From Eubacteriales bacterium (lineage in GTDB: Bacteria; Bacillota; Clostridia; Oscillospirales; CAG-272): a DNA stretch of 64,000 nucleotides. The position numbers and the translations under genes were made by a program. The notes under the pieces were generated by a model that had not been told where the DNA came from, did no database searches, and was given only the letters and a program-made list of their open reading frames with translations. Positions 17,443 through 27,230 of the stretch are shown here, piece after piece (the stretch's first letter is position 1; the number at the start of each line of letters is the position of its first letter). The stretch lies in contig JAZRGD010000117.1 of assembly GCA_045644045.1 (NCBI GenBank), positions 3,586 through 67,585 of the forward strand, in the 5' to 3' direction.

Positions 17443-19687
17443 AGCAACAAATAAGAAAAAGACTGACATTCTTCCCGACGTGGAGGCAGTGGTCACCAAC
17501 CAGCCCATTACCGAAACCTTGGAAAAAAACTATATGCCGTACGTTATGAGCGTCATCATCTCTCGCGCTCTGCCCGAGATCGACGGCTTCAAGCCCTCCC
17601 ACCGTAAGCTTCTTTATACAATGTATAACATGGGGCTTATGACAGGTCAACGCGCGAAAAGCTCCAAGGTAGTAGGTCAAACGATGCAGCTCAACCCTCA
17701 CGGCGACGCGGCTATCTATGAGACTCTGGTTCGTCTTACACGCGCCAACGAGTCTCTCTTGCACCCCTTCGTGGATTCTAAGGGAAGCTTCGGTAAGCAA
17801 TATTCCCGCGATATGGCCTACGCCGCTTCCCGTTACACCGAGGTAAAGCTGGATAGCTTTTGCAGTGAGCTGTTTTCGGGAATTGACAAGGATGCGGTGG
17901 ATTTCGTTCCCAACTATGATAACACCATGAAAGAACCCACTCTGCTTCCAACCACCTTTCCGAACATTTTAGTTTCACCCAACCTTGGTATTGCGGTCGG
18001 TATGGCTTGCTCTATTTGCTCCTTCAACCTTGCCGAGATCTGTGACGGTACCATTGCCATCCTCAAAAATCCCAAGGTGAGCGTGGATCGCATCATGGAG
18101 ATCATCAAGGCACCCGATTTTTCGGGTGGAGGAACTCTGCTTTACAACAAAGCCCAATTAAAGCAGATCTATGAGACGGGTGTGGGAAGTGTTAAGCTTC
18201 GCGCACGTTACAGCTTTGACAGCGCGCGTAACTGTATCGATATCATTCAAATTCCTTATAGCTCTTGTATCGAAAGCATTCTCAAAAAGATCGGTGATCT
18301 TGTCAAGGTTGGCAAGATGAAGGATATCGTGGACTACCGTGATGCCACCGACTTGGGCGGTCTTCGTCTGTCGCTTGACCTGCGCCGCGGTGCCGATCCC
18401 GAGATGATCATGAATAAGCTTTATTATTTGACTGATCTTGAGAACACCTTCGACTGCAACTTCAATATTCTTGTAAACGGCTCACCAAGGCAGATGGGCG
18501 TTATCGAGATCCTCTCCGAATGGATCACCTTCCGTCTTGGATGTCTCAAGAGAGAAATGACCTTTGACCTTGGCAAGAAGCGAGACAAGCTTCATCTGCT
18601 CCTCGGTCTTGCCACTATCCTTCTTGACATCGACAAGGCTATCGCCATTATTCGTTCCACGCCAAAGGAGTCGGACGTTGTTCCCAATCTGATGAAGGGA
18701 TTTGATCTGTCCGAGGCACAGGCAGAGTATATCGCGGAGATCAAGCTGCGTCATCTTAACCGAGAGTACATCTACAAACGCCTCGAAGAGGTGGAGACTC
18801 TTCAAGCCGAGATCGCTCGCTTAGAGGAGATCCTGGCAGATGAGCTGAAGATGAAGGCCGTTCTCATTGAGCAGCTGAAGGAGATCAAGAAGAAGTATGG
18901 CAAACCGCGTAAGACGCAGATCATGGATGCTGAGGAGGTACAGGTGTTGGATAAAGACGATTTCGTAGAGAATTATAACGTTCGTTTGATCGCCACAGGT
19001 CACGGCTATTTCAAAAAGATCACCTCTCAGTCCTTGCGCGGCAACGACGTGCAAAAGCTGAAGGAGGGAGATTATATCATCAGCGAAGAGGATACCGATA
19101 ACCTGGCAGAGATCATCGTTCTCACCAACAAAGCACAGCTCTATCGCGCTAAAGTGGCGGATTTTGAGCCTGTCAAGGCCTCCGTCATGGGGGATTATCT
19201 GCCCGCCAAGCTTGGTATGGATGCCGGCGAAATACCGTTGCTTTGCAAGGCGGTATCGGAATTCCATCCCGAGCATCAGCTTCTCGTGATCTTTGAGAAT
19301 GGAAAAGGCGTGCGTCTTTCCATGGAAAACTATCAGACCAAGTCCTTCCGCAGACGCTTGACAAGTGCCTATTCCCATTCCTCTCCCGCAGTTGCGGCCT
19401 TCTATTTGGAAAAGCCCTGTGACGTAGTGATACGCAACAATCAGAAAAAGGCCATCCTCATTTCCTCCGAGCTGGCTCCCGCTGCCGCAACCAGAACAGC
19501 AGGTGGAAACATGCTGTTTTCGGTTAAGCCTCCCAAGGTAAAGGTGATTGGCGCCGAGCTTGCCACGTCTCCCGTTTTTGAAAATGCCGAGATGTATCGC
19601 AAGCGCAAGGTTCCGGCTATCGGCAACGCCATGAGCAAGCATGATTTGGTAGCCCTCGCCGAGAGAGTCCGTCCCGAGGAGACCTAA
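17435..19687 (+). CDS. type IIA topoisomerase subunit A (ParC-like)
   Basis: 750 aa. NYMPYVMSVIISRALPEIDGFKPSHRKLLY, active-site AASRYTEVKL (Tyr), and no QRRGGKG GyrA box in the C-terminal domain. The TTG start overlaps the sua5 stop. Confidence 0.85.
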   Translation: MAKATNKKKTDILPDVEAVVTNQPITETLEKNYMPYVMSVIISRALPEIDGFKPSHRKLLYTMYNMGLMTGQRAKSSKVVGQTMQLNPHGDAAIYETLVRLTRANESLLHPFVDSKGSFGKQYSRDMAYAASRYTEVKLDSFCSELFSGIDKDAVDFVPNYDNTMKEPTLLPTTFPNILVSPNLGIAVGMACSICSFNLAEICDGTIAILKNPKVSVDRIMEIIKAPDFSGGGTLLYNKAQLKQIYETGVGSVKLRARYSFDSARNCIDIIQIPYSSCIESILKKIGDLVKVGKMKDIVDYRDATDLGGLRLSLDLRRGADPEMIMNKLYYLTDLENTFDCNFNILVNGSPRQMGVIEILSEWITFRLGCLKREMTFDLGKKRDKLHLLLGLATILLDIDKAIAIIRSTPKESDVVPNLMKGFDLSEAQAEYIAEIKLRHLNREYIYKRLEEVETLQAEIARLEEILADELKMKAVLIEQLKEIKKKYGKPRKTQIMDAEEVQVLDKDDFVENYNVRLIATGHGYFKKITSQSLRGNDVQKLKEGDYIISEEDTDNLAEIIVLTNKAQLYRAKVADFEPVKASVMGDYLPAKLGMDAGEIPLLCKAVSEFHPEHQLLVIFENGKGVRLSMENYQTKSFRRRLTSAYSHSSPAVAAFYLEKPCDVVIRNNQKKAILISSELAPAAATRTAGGNMLFSVKPPKVKVIGAELATSPVFENAEMYRKRKVPAIGNAMSKHDLVALAERVRPEET

Positions 19688-19887
19688 AAATCCGGAAGGG
19701 CTGTCACATTTGGGCACAAGCGCAAACAAAAAACGGAAAAAGAAGCACACAGAACGCAAACGCTTTCTTGCGTTTGCTTAGTTTAGTAGAAAACCGCTTT
19801 TTTCGGTTTTCACAACCTCTCGGTCGGGAAGGAAAAATTCTGCTCTAAATCTGACGGGCCCTTTATACGCAACACAAAAATTCAGTA

Positions 19888-19925
19888 AAAATCGGATCAC
19901 CTTGAAGGATGATCCGATTTTTTGT
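19888..19925. terminator. intrinsic terminator downstream of the parC-like gene
   Basis: AAAAATCGGATCA-loop-TGATCCGATTTTTT hairpin with a T-run. Two further hairpins lie upstream, at 19756-19777 and 19789-19811. Confidence 0.7.
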
Positions 19926-20089
19926 GTTTTTTAGAACAAACGCATAATTACTGAATTTTTAACGAGATAGCCTCTCTCTTTTTTTTATTGTGTATTTTTT
20001 CATATCATACCGTCCAAACTAACAGTACAAATAGCCGCGTTGGCGGCAAAAGGGAAGCAAAGCTTCCTGTGGAATGGAAAGGAACTGTT

Positions 20090-21418
20090 ATGAAAAAGAC
20101 TATATTTCTTTTTTTCTTTCTCCTGCTGTTAGGAGTCGCTTTCACCTCTTGCGGTAAGGACGAGGGAGTGTATTTCTTCAACTTTAAGCCGGAATCTGCC
20201 GAGGCGTATGAAGAGATCGCCAAGGTGTATGAAAAGGAAACGGGCGTTCCCATCCGTGTGGTGACCGCCGCCTCGGGCACGTATGAGCAAACTCTGAAAT
20301 CCGAGATCGTAAAAAAGAATGCGCCCGTGATCTTCCAGATCAACGGACCCGTTGGATATGCCGCCTGGAAGGATTATTGTCTGGATCTGTCCGGAAGCAT
20401 GCTGTACTCGCATTTGACGGATAAATCCTTAGCCATCCGTGAAGGCGATGGAGTATATGGCATCCCGTACGTGGTGGAAGGGTACGGTATTATCTATAAT
20501 GAAGAGATCATGGATCGGTATTTTGCTTTAGCCAACAAAGCAACCTCTTACCGATCCATGGAAGAGATCACCTCTTTTGCCGCCTTGAAGGCGGTTGTGG
20601 AGGATATGACCGCCAAAAAGGACGCTCTGGGAATTGAAGGTGTGTTTGCCTCTACCTCGCTGAAAAGCGGTGAGGATTGGCGCTGGCAGACACATCTTGC
20701 CAATCTGCCCGTTTATTACGAGTTTCTCGACAAAAACGTAGACGTGACAGATCCGTCCACCTACGCGGAGCTTTCCTTCAGCTATGCCGAGCAATACCGT
20801 AACCTTTTCGATCTCTACTTGAACAATTCCACCACCGATCCTAAGCTTCTCGGTAGCAAGCAGGTGGCAGATTCTATGGCGGAGTTTGCCCTTGGTAAAT
20901 GTGCAATGGTACAAAACGGGAACTGGGCCTACGGTCAGATCGCGGGTGTCAGTGGGAATACCGTAGAAGCGGAAAACGTCAAATTTCTTCCTCTCTATAT
21001 GGGCATTGCCGAAGAGGAGGGGCAGGGAATCTGTATCGGGACAGAAAGTTATTTTGCCATTAATAAAAACGCGCCCGCAGATAAACAGCAGCAGGCCCTT
21101 GATTTTCTCAACTGGCTTTTTACCAACGAAACGGGTAAGACCTTTGTGAAGGAGAAGCTGGGCTTTATTGCCCCCTTCGATACCTTTGATGAGGACGATA
21201 GACTGGAGGACCCGTTGGCGGCACAGGTCAGCGAATGGCTGGCAAAGGAAGAGGTCTATAATATTCCTTGGCAGTTTACCGTGTTTCCCGGAACAAGCTT
21301 CAAAAATGATTTTGGCGCCGCACTCCTGCAATACGCCCAAGGAACCAAGACCTGGGACGAAGTAAAACAGATATTCGTCACTCGTTGGAAGGAAGAAAGC
21401 GCCGCCATCAAACGGTAA
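20090..21418 (+). CDS. carbohydrate ABC transporter substrate-binding lipoprotein
   Basis: MKKTIFLFFFLLLLGVAFTSCGK lipoprotein signal, about 440 aa, family-1 SBP-like, followed by two permease genes. Start at the ATG after GGAAAGGAA; the 19988 extension is rejected. Confidence 0.8.
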   Translation: MKKTIFLFFFLLLLGVAFTSCGKDEGVYFFNFKPESAEAYEEIAKVYEKETGVPIRVVTAASGTYEQTLKSEIVKKNAPVIFQINGPVGYAAWKDYCLDLSGSMLYSHLTDKSLAIREGDGVYGIPYVVEGYGIIYNEEIMDRYFALANKATSYRSMEEITSFAALKAVVEDMTAKKDALGIEGVFASTSLKSGEDWRWQTHLANLPVYYEFLDKNVDVTDPSTYAELSFSYAEQYRNLFDLYLNNSTTDPKLLGSKQVADSMAEFALGKCAMVQNGNWAYGQIAGVSGNTVEAENVKFLPLYMGIAEEEGQGICIGTESYFAINKNAPADKQQQALDFLNWLFTNETGKTFVKEKLGFIAPFDTFDEDDRLEDPLAAQVSEWLAKEEVYNIPWQFTVFPGTSFKNDFGAALLQYAQGTKTWDEVKQIFVTRWKEESAAIKR

Positions 21419-21436
21419 GGCGGTGAAGCGTGATCT

Positions 21437-22285
21437 ATGCACCGTAAAAAGCATCCCTATTTCTTGATTTTCATTCTGCCAACTCTTATTGCCTTTTTTA
21501 TCGCGTTTTTGATTCCTTTCGTGTTGGGTCTCTATCTCTCATTTACGGAATTTACTACCATTACAAACGCACGCTTCGTAGGGCTTCGCAATTATTTATC
21601 GGTGTTTTCCTCGGGAAGCCGATTTTTTGAGGCCTTTTGGTTTACCGCAAAATTTACCGTCGTCAGCACGCTGACGGTGAATCTCATCGCTTTTGCGCTC
21701 GCCCTTCTTTTGACCCGAGGAAGGAGGGGAACGAATTTTTTTCGCACCGTTTTCTTTATGCCAAATCTGATCGGCGGAATCGTGCTTGGTTATATCTGGC
21801 AGTTGATCATTAACGGCTTTCTCGGCCGTCTGGGAGTGGACATCACCTATTCCGCCACCTATGGCTTTTGGGGGCTTGTCCTTCTCACCAATTGGCAGCT
21901 GATCGGATATATGATGATCATTTATATCGCGGGCTTGCAAAGCATTCCCAAGGAATTGCATGAGGTGGCATCCATTGACGGCGCCTCTTCCTTCGGTGTT
22001 CTGCGGCACGTGACCTTCCCCTTGGTCATGCCCTCGATCACCATATGCGGGTTTCTGACCTTGACCAATTCCTTCAAGATGTTCGATCAGAACTTTGCTT
22101 TGACAGGCGGCGCGCCGGGCAAGGAGACCGCCATGCTTGCTCTTGATATTTACCAAACCTTTTACGGCAACGTGGGACAAGAGGGTGTCGGGCAGGCCAA
22201 GGCCGTGATCTTTTTCCTGTTGGTGGCCGCCATTGCGGGCATTCAGCTTTATTTTTCTAAGCGGAGGGAGGCGCGTTCCGGATGA
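21437..22285 (+). CDS. carbohydrate ABC transporter permease (MalF/UgpA-like)
   Basis: 282 aa with 6 TM segments. EAA-like loop IPKELHEVASIDGASSFGVLRHVTFPL. Confidence 0.85.
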   Translation: MHRKKHPYFLIFILPTLIAFFIAFLIPFVLGLYLSFTEFTTITNARFVGLRNYLSVFSSGSRFFEAFWFTAKFTVVSTLTVNLIAFALALLLTRGRRGTNFFRTVFFMPNLIGGIVLGYIWQLIINGFLGRLGVDITYSATYGFWGLVLLTNWQLIGYMMIIYIAGLQSIPKELHEVASIDGASSFGVLRHVTFPLVMPSITICGFLTLTNSFKMFDQNFALTGGAPGKETAMLALDIYQTFYGNVGQEGVGQAKAVIFFLLVAAIAGIQLYFSKRREARSG

Positions 22286-23133
22286 TAGCGACAGCAAAGC
22301 ATATGAGGAAAAAGATAGGAGAAACGGCATTATTTCTTTTTCTTCTGCTTCTTTCGGTTGCCTTTCTGCTTCCCATCGTTATTGTGCTTTACAACTCCTT
22401 CAAGGGTCAGTTCTATATCACGGATGCCCCCTTTGCGTTGCCGAATGCTCAAACCTTTGTCGGCTTATCCAATTATGTCGGCGGCATTCGTAAAATAGAA
22501 TTTTTTAGTGCCTTTGGCTATTCCTTGTTTATTACTGTCTTTTCCGTGGGGGCTATCGTGCTTGGTACGTCTATGACGGCATGGTATTTGGTCAGACACG
22601 AAGGAAAGGCATCGCGCGCTTTGTATTTGACCTTTGTGTTCAGCATGATCGTCCCCTTTCAAATGGTGATGTTTACCATGTCCAAGGTGGCCAACATCCT
22701 TTCTCTTGAAAATCCTGTGGGGATCGTCGTTTTGTATCTGGGCTTTGGCGCGGGGCTTTCGGTTTTTATGTTCAGTGGATTTATTCGCGGCATTCCGCGC
22801 GCCGTGGAGGAGGCGGCGGAGATTGACGGTTGCTCCCCTCTCTCCACCTTCTTCTTCGTGGTGTTTCCGCTTTTGAAGCCCATTACCGTTACCGTGGCGG
22901 TGCTGAATGCTATGTGGATCTGGAACGACTATCTTTTACCCGCCTTGGTCATCGGCAGCAAATACCGTACCATCCCCGTGGCGGTGCAATATCTGCAGGG
23001 TGGCTACGGATCGCGCGATATGGGTGCCTTGATGGCCATGCTGGTGCTTGCCATCATCCCCATCATCATCTTTTACGCCGTAGCGCAAAAGAGCATCATT
23101 AAGGGTGTCATAGCGGGAGCGGTAAAGGGATAA
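22282..23133 (+). CDS. carbohydrate ABC transporter permease (MalG/UgpE-like)
   Basis: 283 aa. IPRAVEEAAEIDGCSPLSTFFFVVFPLLKP EAA loop. 4-nt overlap with the upstream permease gene. Confidence 0.85.
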   Translation: MIATAKHMRKKIGETALFLFLLLLSVAFLLPIVIVLYNSFKGQFYITDAPFALPNAQTFVGLSNYVGGIRKIEFFSAFGYSLFITVFSVGAIVLGTSMTAWYLVRHEGKASRALYLTFVFSMIVPFQMVMFTMSKVANILSLENPVGIVVLYLGFGAGLSVFMFSGFIRGIPRAVEEAAEIDGCSPLSTFFFVVFPLLKPITVTVAVLNAMWIWNDYLLPALVIGSKYRTIPVAVQYLQGGYGSRDMGALMAMLVLAIIPIIIFYAVAQKSIIKGVIAGAVKG

Positions 23134-23177
23134 AAAAATACTGCGTCATGCTGAAAGCAAGACGCAGTATTTTTTTT
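23134..23177. terminator. bidirectional intrinsic terminator (ABC operon / AEC transporter)
   Basis: ATACTGCGTC-loop-GACGCAGTAT hairpin flanked by A7 and T7 runs. Confidence 0.8.
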
Positions 23178-23182
23178 ATGGC

Positions 23183-24172
23183 TCAATAAAACATCGTAAG
23201 ACTGCAAACAAGTGGCATAGATACGACGCATAAAACCGACGTCAAGGAAACGATCACGCTGGCATATACTGCATCTCCTTCAAATTTTTCCGCAAACATA
23301 CAGGTGATTGCGGCGGCAGGAGCGGCGGCCGACATGACGAGAACGGAGGCGGTCAAAGGGTCGTGATACACACCAATGAGTGAGATCAGCTTCAAGATAC
23401 CGAAGACTGCTATCGGCAGCAAGAGAAGCGAAAGAACGAAATTAATATAGAGGCGCGTATCCTTTACGGTCTCCTTCAGCTTCAGCTCAGCCATGCGCAG
23501 TCCGATGACCATCATGGAAATTGGCGCGACCAAGGCCTTTAACGTATTCATCAAAGAGTATACGATGCTTCCGGGTGTGCGGAACAGAGGCACGACCACT
23601 GCATCGCGCAGGGAGGGGAATGCGGAAAAAACAAAGAACAGGATACCGACCGCGCATGAAATGGTGGCGGGATTTAAAAAAATCTTTTTCGGCGAGATGT
23701 AGCTTTTGTCCTTGGTGTAGATATACGCGCCCAAGGACCAGGCGACGGCGTTGAAGGCAAACACATATACCGAGCCGTAAATGGCGATCTCGGGATAGGT
23801 CTCGGAGAAAAGTGCCTCCAAAAGCGGAATACCCATATAGCCCGCGTTGGTAAAGACGGTTGAGAAGACCAAAACCTGCTTTTTTCCTTCGGGGGCTTTT
23901 TTGAAAACGAGGCTTCCGATGGCAAAAAAGAACAGATGAAAAAGACAAGCCAAAACGAAGATAGCGATCATGCGGATCACGATCTCTCTCGTGGCATCCA
24001 CCGCTACGTACCCTGCGATAAACAGGGCGGGCTGGGCAATGTAAAAAACAAGATTGCTGAGACCCTTTCCAAAGCCCTCACCGACCAAATGAAATTTGGA
24101 CAGCAGGAAACCGGGAACGATCAGCAGCACTAACATCAAAACGTTGGGTATTAAAAGGGAAATGTCTATCAT
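23183..24172 (-). CDS. AEC (auxin efflux carrier) family transporter
   Basis: 329 aa and polytopic. The N-terminal region (VPGFLLSK...LSNLVFYIAQPALF) resembles the Mem_trans family. Confidence 0.7.
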   Translation of the reverse strand: MIDISLLIPNVLMLVLLIVPGFLLSKFHLVGEGFGKGLSNLVFYIAQPALFIAGYVAVDATREIVIRMIAIFVLACLFHLFFFAIGSLVFKKAPEGKKQVLVFSTVFTNAGYMGIPLLEALFSETYPEIAIYGSVYVFAFNAVAWSLGAYIYTKDKSYISPKKIFLNPATISCAVGILFFVFSAFPSLRDAVVVPLFRTPGSIVYSLMNTLKALVAPISMMVIGLRMAELKLKETVKDTRLYINFVLSLLLLPIAVFGILKLISLIGVYHDPLTASVLVMSAAAPAAAITCMFAEKFEGDAVYASVIVSLTSVLCVVSMPLVCSLTMFY

Positions 24173-24192
24173 GGTTTTATGTATCCTCGAAA

Positions 24193-24963
24193 TTATCGGT
24201 TTTGTCTCGTGATCTCGTAAGCGAGAATGGTGGCGGCGGAGGCGGCGGATAGAGCGCCCTGAAACGGGCGACCGTAGCTGATCCTGACTGTTACGTCAGC
24301 CAGCTTCTTTAAGGCGGCGGAAATGCCTCTCTTTTCTCCTCCAATGATTAAGAATATGGGGTAGGAAAGGGTGGCCTGCTCCAAGGCCGTATCGGTGTCG
24401 GCATCCGCGCACACTACCTTATATCCGCGCGCGCGAAACGCTGCTGCCGCCTCCTCGGAGGAGGCTGTGTACATGGTGAATTGCTCGGAGGCTCCTGCGG
24501 AGGCGCGTGCGACAACGCCGGCCGCGCTCATCCAGTTGCGTTCGGGAAGAACGACACCGTCTACTCCCAGGGCATAGAAGGATCTGAGCGCATATCCGAA
24601 ATTATAGGGGTCTTCGATCCCCTCTAACATAACGAAAAATCCTTTTTCAGGAAGAGCTTCCGCGCGGAGAGGAGAAATGCTTCTGTGGGTGCATTCCGCC
24701 ACGAGCCCGCCGTGGGAGGTGCCGAGAGTCATGGCGGACAGGGCTTCCATATCCGTCTCCTCCACGGTGAAGCCAGAGCGCTCCCCCTCATGGCGCAAAT
24801 AGGCAACCTCCTTGCCGATCTTTTTCAGGCGTTCCTTTGCGTAAAAAACACGTGTTATTTTACGGTCGTTGATCCCATCCCTTGCGGCAGTTAACACTGC
24901 GCGGATGGAGACCATCCCCTCAAAAATGGCGGAGTCGCAAAATTTATTTTCTTCTTTCTGCAT
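24193..24963 (-). CDS. TrmH/SpoU-family RNA 2'-O-methyltransferase (RlmB-like)
   Basis: 256 aa. LEGIEDPYNFGYALRS and LIIGGEKRGIS SpoU motifs. Confidence 0.8.
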   Translation of the reverse strand: MQKEENKFCDSAIFEGMVSIRAVLTAARDGINDRKITRVFYAKERLKKIGKEVAYLRHEGERSGFTVEETDMEALSAMTLGTSHGGLVAECTHRSISPLRAEALPEKGFFVMLEGIEDPYNFGYALRSFYALGVDGVVLPERNWMSAAGVVARASAGASEQFTMYTASSEEAAAAFRARGYKVVCADADTDTALEQATLSYPIFLIIGGEKRGISAALKKLADVTVRISYGRPFQGALSAASAATILAYEITRQNR

Positions 24964-25033
24964 TTAAAAAAGAGACCTTTCATATAGTGTAATAACTGCG
25001 GTGGCAGAAAAAATCGATCGGAAGGATCTGAAG

Positions 25034-25312
25034 ATGCTTTATCAGAACAAAGAACGATGTGAGATCTTGGGCGAATATCTTGTGGAGAACAAGGCCACCG
25101 TGCGAAGCGTGGCCAATCGCTTTTTTATCAGTAAAAGCACCGTACATAAGGACGTGACGGAACGCTTGCTGCACGTCAATCCCGGACTTTATAACCTTGT
25201 AAAGGAGATTTTAGAGGAGAATAAGTCAGAGCGACACCTGCGCGGCGGCGAAGCCACGCGCGCCAAATATTTGGAAAAAAAGCAAGAGCGCAGGGAGAAG
25301 GCCGGCTGTTAA
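25034..25312 (+). CDS. spoIIID: sporulation transcriptional regulator SpoIIID
   Basis: VANRFFISKSTVHKDVTERL...HLRGGEATRAKY closely resembles B. subtilis SpoIIID (FGVSKSTVHKDLTERL...HLRGGEAT). Starting at the ATG after GGAAGGA gives about 92 aa, like the 93-aa SpoIIID. The GTG at 25001 is less likely. Confidence 0.9.
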   Translation: MLYQNKERCEILGEYLVENKATVRSVANRFFISKSTVHKDVTERLLHVNPGLYNLVKEILEENKSERHLRGGEATRAKYLEKKQERREKAGC

Positions 25313-26034
25313 GCCTTTGAATCCGCGTACAGAGAATCCACCTCTTTTTGCGTCAGATAACGCCATTTGCCAACGGGTAAGCCCTCCAGCTTTACGCTGC
25401 CAACCGAGACGCGGCAGAGCCGCTTCACGGTGAGGCCTACCTGACCGCACATCTTACGAATCTGGCGGTTTCGTCCCTCGCGGAGAGTCATTTTTAAGAC
25501 GGTCCCCGTTTCGTCCGTGCTGATCACGGAGGCCTCCACGGGAAGGATCGTGTATCCGTCCAGCTCCATTTCGGAGGTCAGGGCGGTGAATTGCTCGTCT
25601 GTGACCTTTCCCGCCACCTTGACACGGTAGACCTTTGGTAAATGATGCTTTGGGTGAGTCAGCCGATTGGCGAGCTCGCCGTCATCCGTTAAGAGCAAGA
25701 GACCCTCCGAGATATAGTCAAGTCGCCCGATCGGATATACGCGGCCGCTGTGTCCCGTCAAAAGCTCGGTGACACACTTGCGGTTTTGGGGATCTGACAT
25801 GGTGGTCAAATATCCGCGCGGCTTGTTGAGCGCGATATATACGTGTTTTTTACGCGAAAGCGTGACAGTCTTGTCGTTCCACACCACCAGATCGGAGGCA
25901 GGATCGATTTTGTCACCGAGAGAGGCCGTATGACCGTTCACCTTGACTCGACCCGCCAGTATCTCTGCTTCGGCGGCACGGCGCGACAAAACGCCGCAAT
26001 CGGTAAAAAACTTTTGAAGTCTGATCTTTTCCAT
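25309..26034 (-). CDS. rluB: 23S rRNA pseudouridine synthase (RluB/RsuA family)
   Basis: 241 aa. N-terminal S4 domain (RLQKFFTDCGVLSRRAAE) and the catalytic motif GRLDYISEGLLLLTDDG. Confidence 0.85.
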   Translation of the reverse strand: MEKIRLQKFFTDCGVLSRRAAEAEILAGRVKVNGHTASLGDKIDPASDLVVWNDKTVTLSRKKHVYIALNKPRGYLTTMSDPQNRKCVTELLTGHSGRVYPIGRLDYISEGLLLLTDDGELANRLTHPKHHLPKVYRVKVAGKVTDEQFTALTSEMELDGYTILPVEASVISTDETGTVLKMTLREGRNRQIRKMCGQVGLTVKRLCRVSVGSVKLEGLPVGKWRYLTQKEVDSLYADSKA

Positions 26035-26049
26035 AATTTAATGCCTTTT

Positions 26050-27153
26050 CTAATGAAAGAGTTTTCGTTTTGTAAGAGGGTAAGCGTCTTCGGTAGTGCA
26101 TAGCGGAACCGTGCCGATAGGCTCGTTATTGGCATAGATCTCAAGCTCGCCAAGGCACTGTCCTGCTTGGATCGGTAACGTGGGATAGGGAAGCAGGTTC
26201 GCTACGAAGCGAATTTTTGCGTTTTTGGGTATAACTGCGGACAAGCCCTCGCTGTTTTTTACCGTAATGAAGGGCTTGATGCCGCCAAAAATCAGTATAT
26301 TTTTGGAATATTCCTCGGCAGAAATCAAATTCCTGTGTTCGTAACGGTCAAATCCGAATTCCCACATTTTTTCATGATCCTGCCAATCCGAGGGGGCATT
26401 CAAGGTGACGGAGATCAAGCGCACTCCGTCTCGCTCTGCCGCGCCGACCAAGCACCGCCCGCTTGCTTTGGTAAAGCCCGTCTTTACCCCGATGGCATCC
26501 TCCGAAAAGCGAAGCAGCTTGTTGTGATTGACAAAAACAAGCTGTCTTTCGGAGGTAGTCACGCGGTGGACCTTGGTGGCCACGATCTCGCAGAAAAGGG
26601 GGATCTCCATAGCCGTGGCAGTAATGATCGCCAGCTCTCGCGCGGTAGTGAAATGATCTTCGGCAGGCAAGCCGTGAGGATTTTGAAAGCGCGTGCGGCA
26701 GAGTCCCATCCTCGTCGCCATCAAGTTCATTTTATCCGCAAAGGCCTCCACTGAGCCGCAAGCGTGAACGGCGAGAGCAACAGCCGCATCGTTGGCACTC
26801 TGCAAGAGAAGCGCGTAAAGCAGATCCTTAACGCTCAGTGCCTCCTCCTCCAAAAGATAAGCAGAGCTGCCTTCCACCCCTACCGCTATCCTCGGAACCG
26901 TGACGGTCTCCTCAGGAGAGAGGAGGTCTAAAACGGTCAGCGCCGTCATGATCTTTGTGGTGCTGGCCATTGGGAGAGGAAGGTCGGCCTCTTTCTCTAA
27001 AGGGAATGTGGACGTGTTCGGTTGATAGAGGACGGCACTTTGCGCCGAAAGCCGTGGTGCTGCGTCGGCACTCACAGTAAGACAAAACGTGGGAAAGAGC
27101 AGTAACGCGCATAAAAGTATGCCGATACCGCCCTTTGAAATAGCATTTTTCAT
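26050..27153 (-). CDS. dacB: D-alanyl-D-alanine carboxypeptidase (PBP5/DacB-like)
   Basis: 367 aa. Signal peptide, MASTTKIM (SxxK), LLLQSAND (SxN) and VKTGFT (KTG) boxes. Synteny with scpAB and rluB matches B. subtilis. Confidence 0.85.
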   Translation of the reverse strand: MKNAISKGGIGILLCALLLFPTFCLTVSADAAPRLSAQSAVLYQPNTSTFPLEKEADLPLPMASTTKIMTALTVLDLLSPEETVTVPRIAVGVEGSSAYLLEEEALSVKDLLYALLLQSANDAAVALAVHACGSVEAFADKMNLMATRMGLCRTRFQNPHGLPAEDHFTTARELAIITATAMEIPLFCEIVATKVHRVTTSERQLVFVNHNKLLRFSEDAIGVKTGFTKASGRCLVGAAERDGVRLISVTLNAPSDWQDHEKMWEFGFDRYEHRNLISAEEYSKNILIFGGIKPFITVKNSEGLSAVIPKNAKIRFVANLLPYPTLPIQAGQCLGELEIYANNEPIGTVPLCTTEDAYPLTKRKLFH

Positions 27154-27230
27154 TTTGAAGCTCCTTTTTGCTTATTTTACGCAAAAAGAAGGGGAAAATG
27201 CGATAAAAGCAAGGTGCTAAAATGTGGAAA

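Noticed and set aside
24964-25033. Possible sigma-E promoter for spoIIID (TTCATATA at about 24979-24986).
   Set aside because: No CATACA-T type -10 element lies at the required spacing, so the resemblance is limited to the -35-like half.
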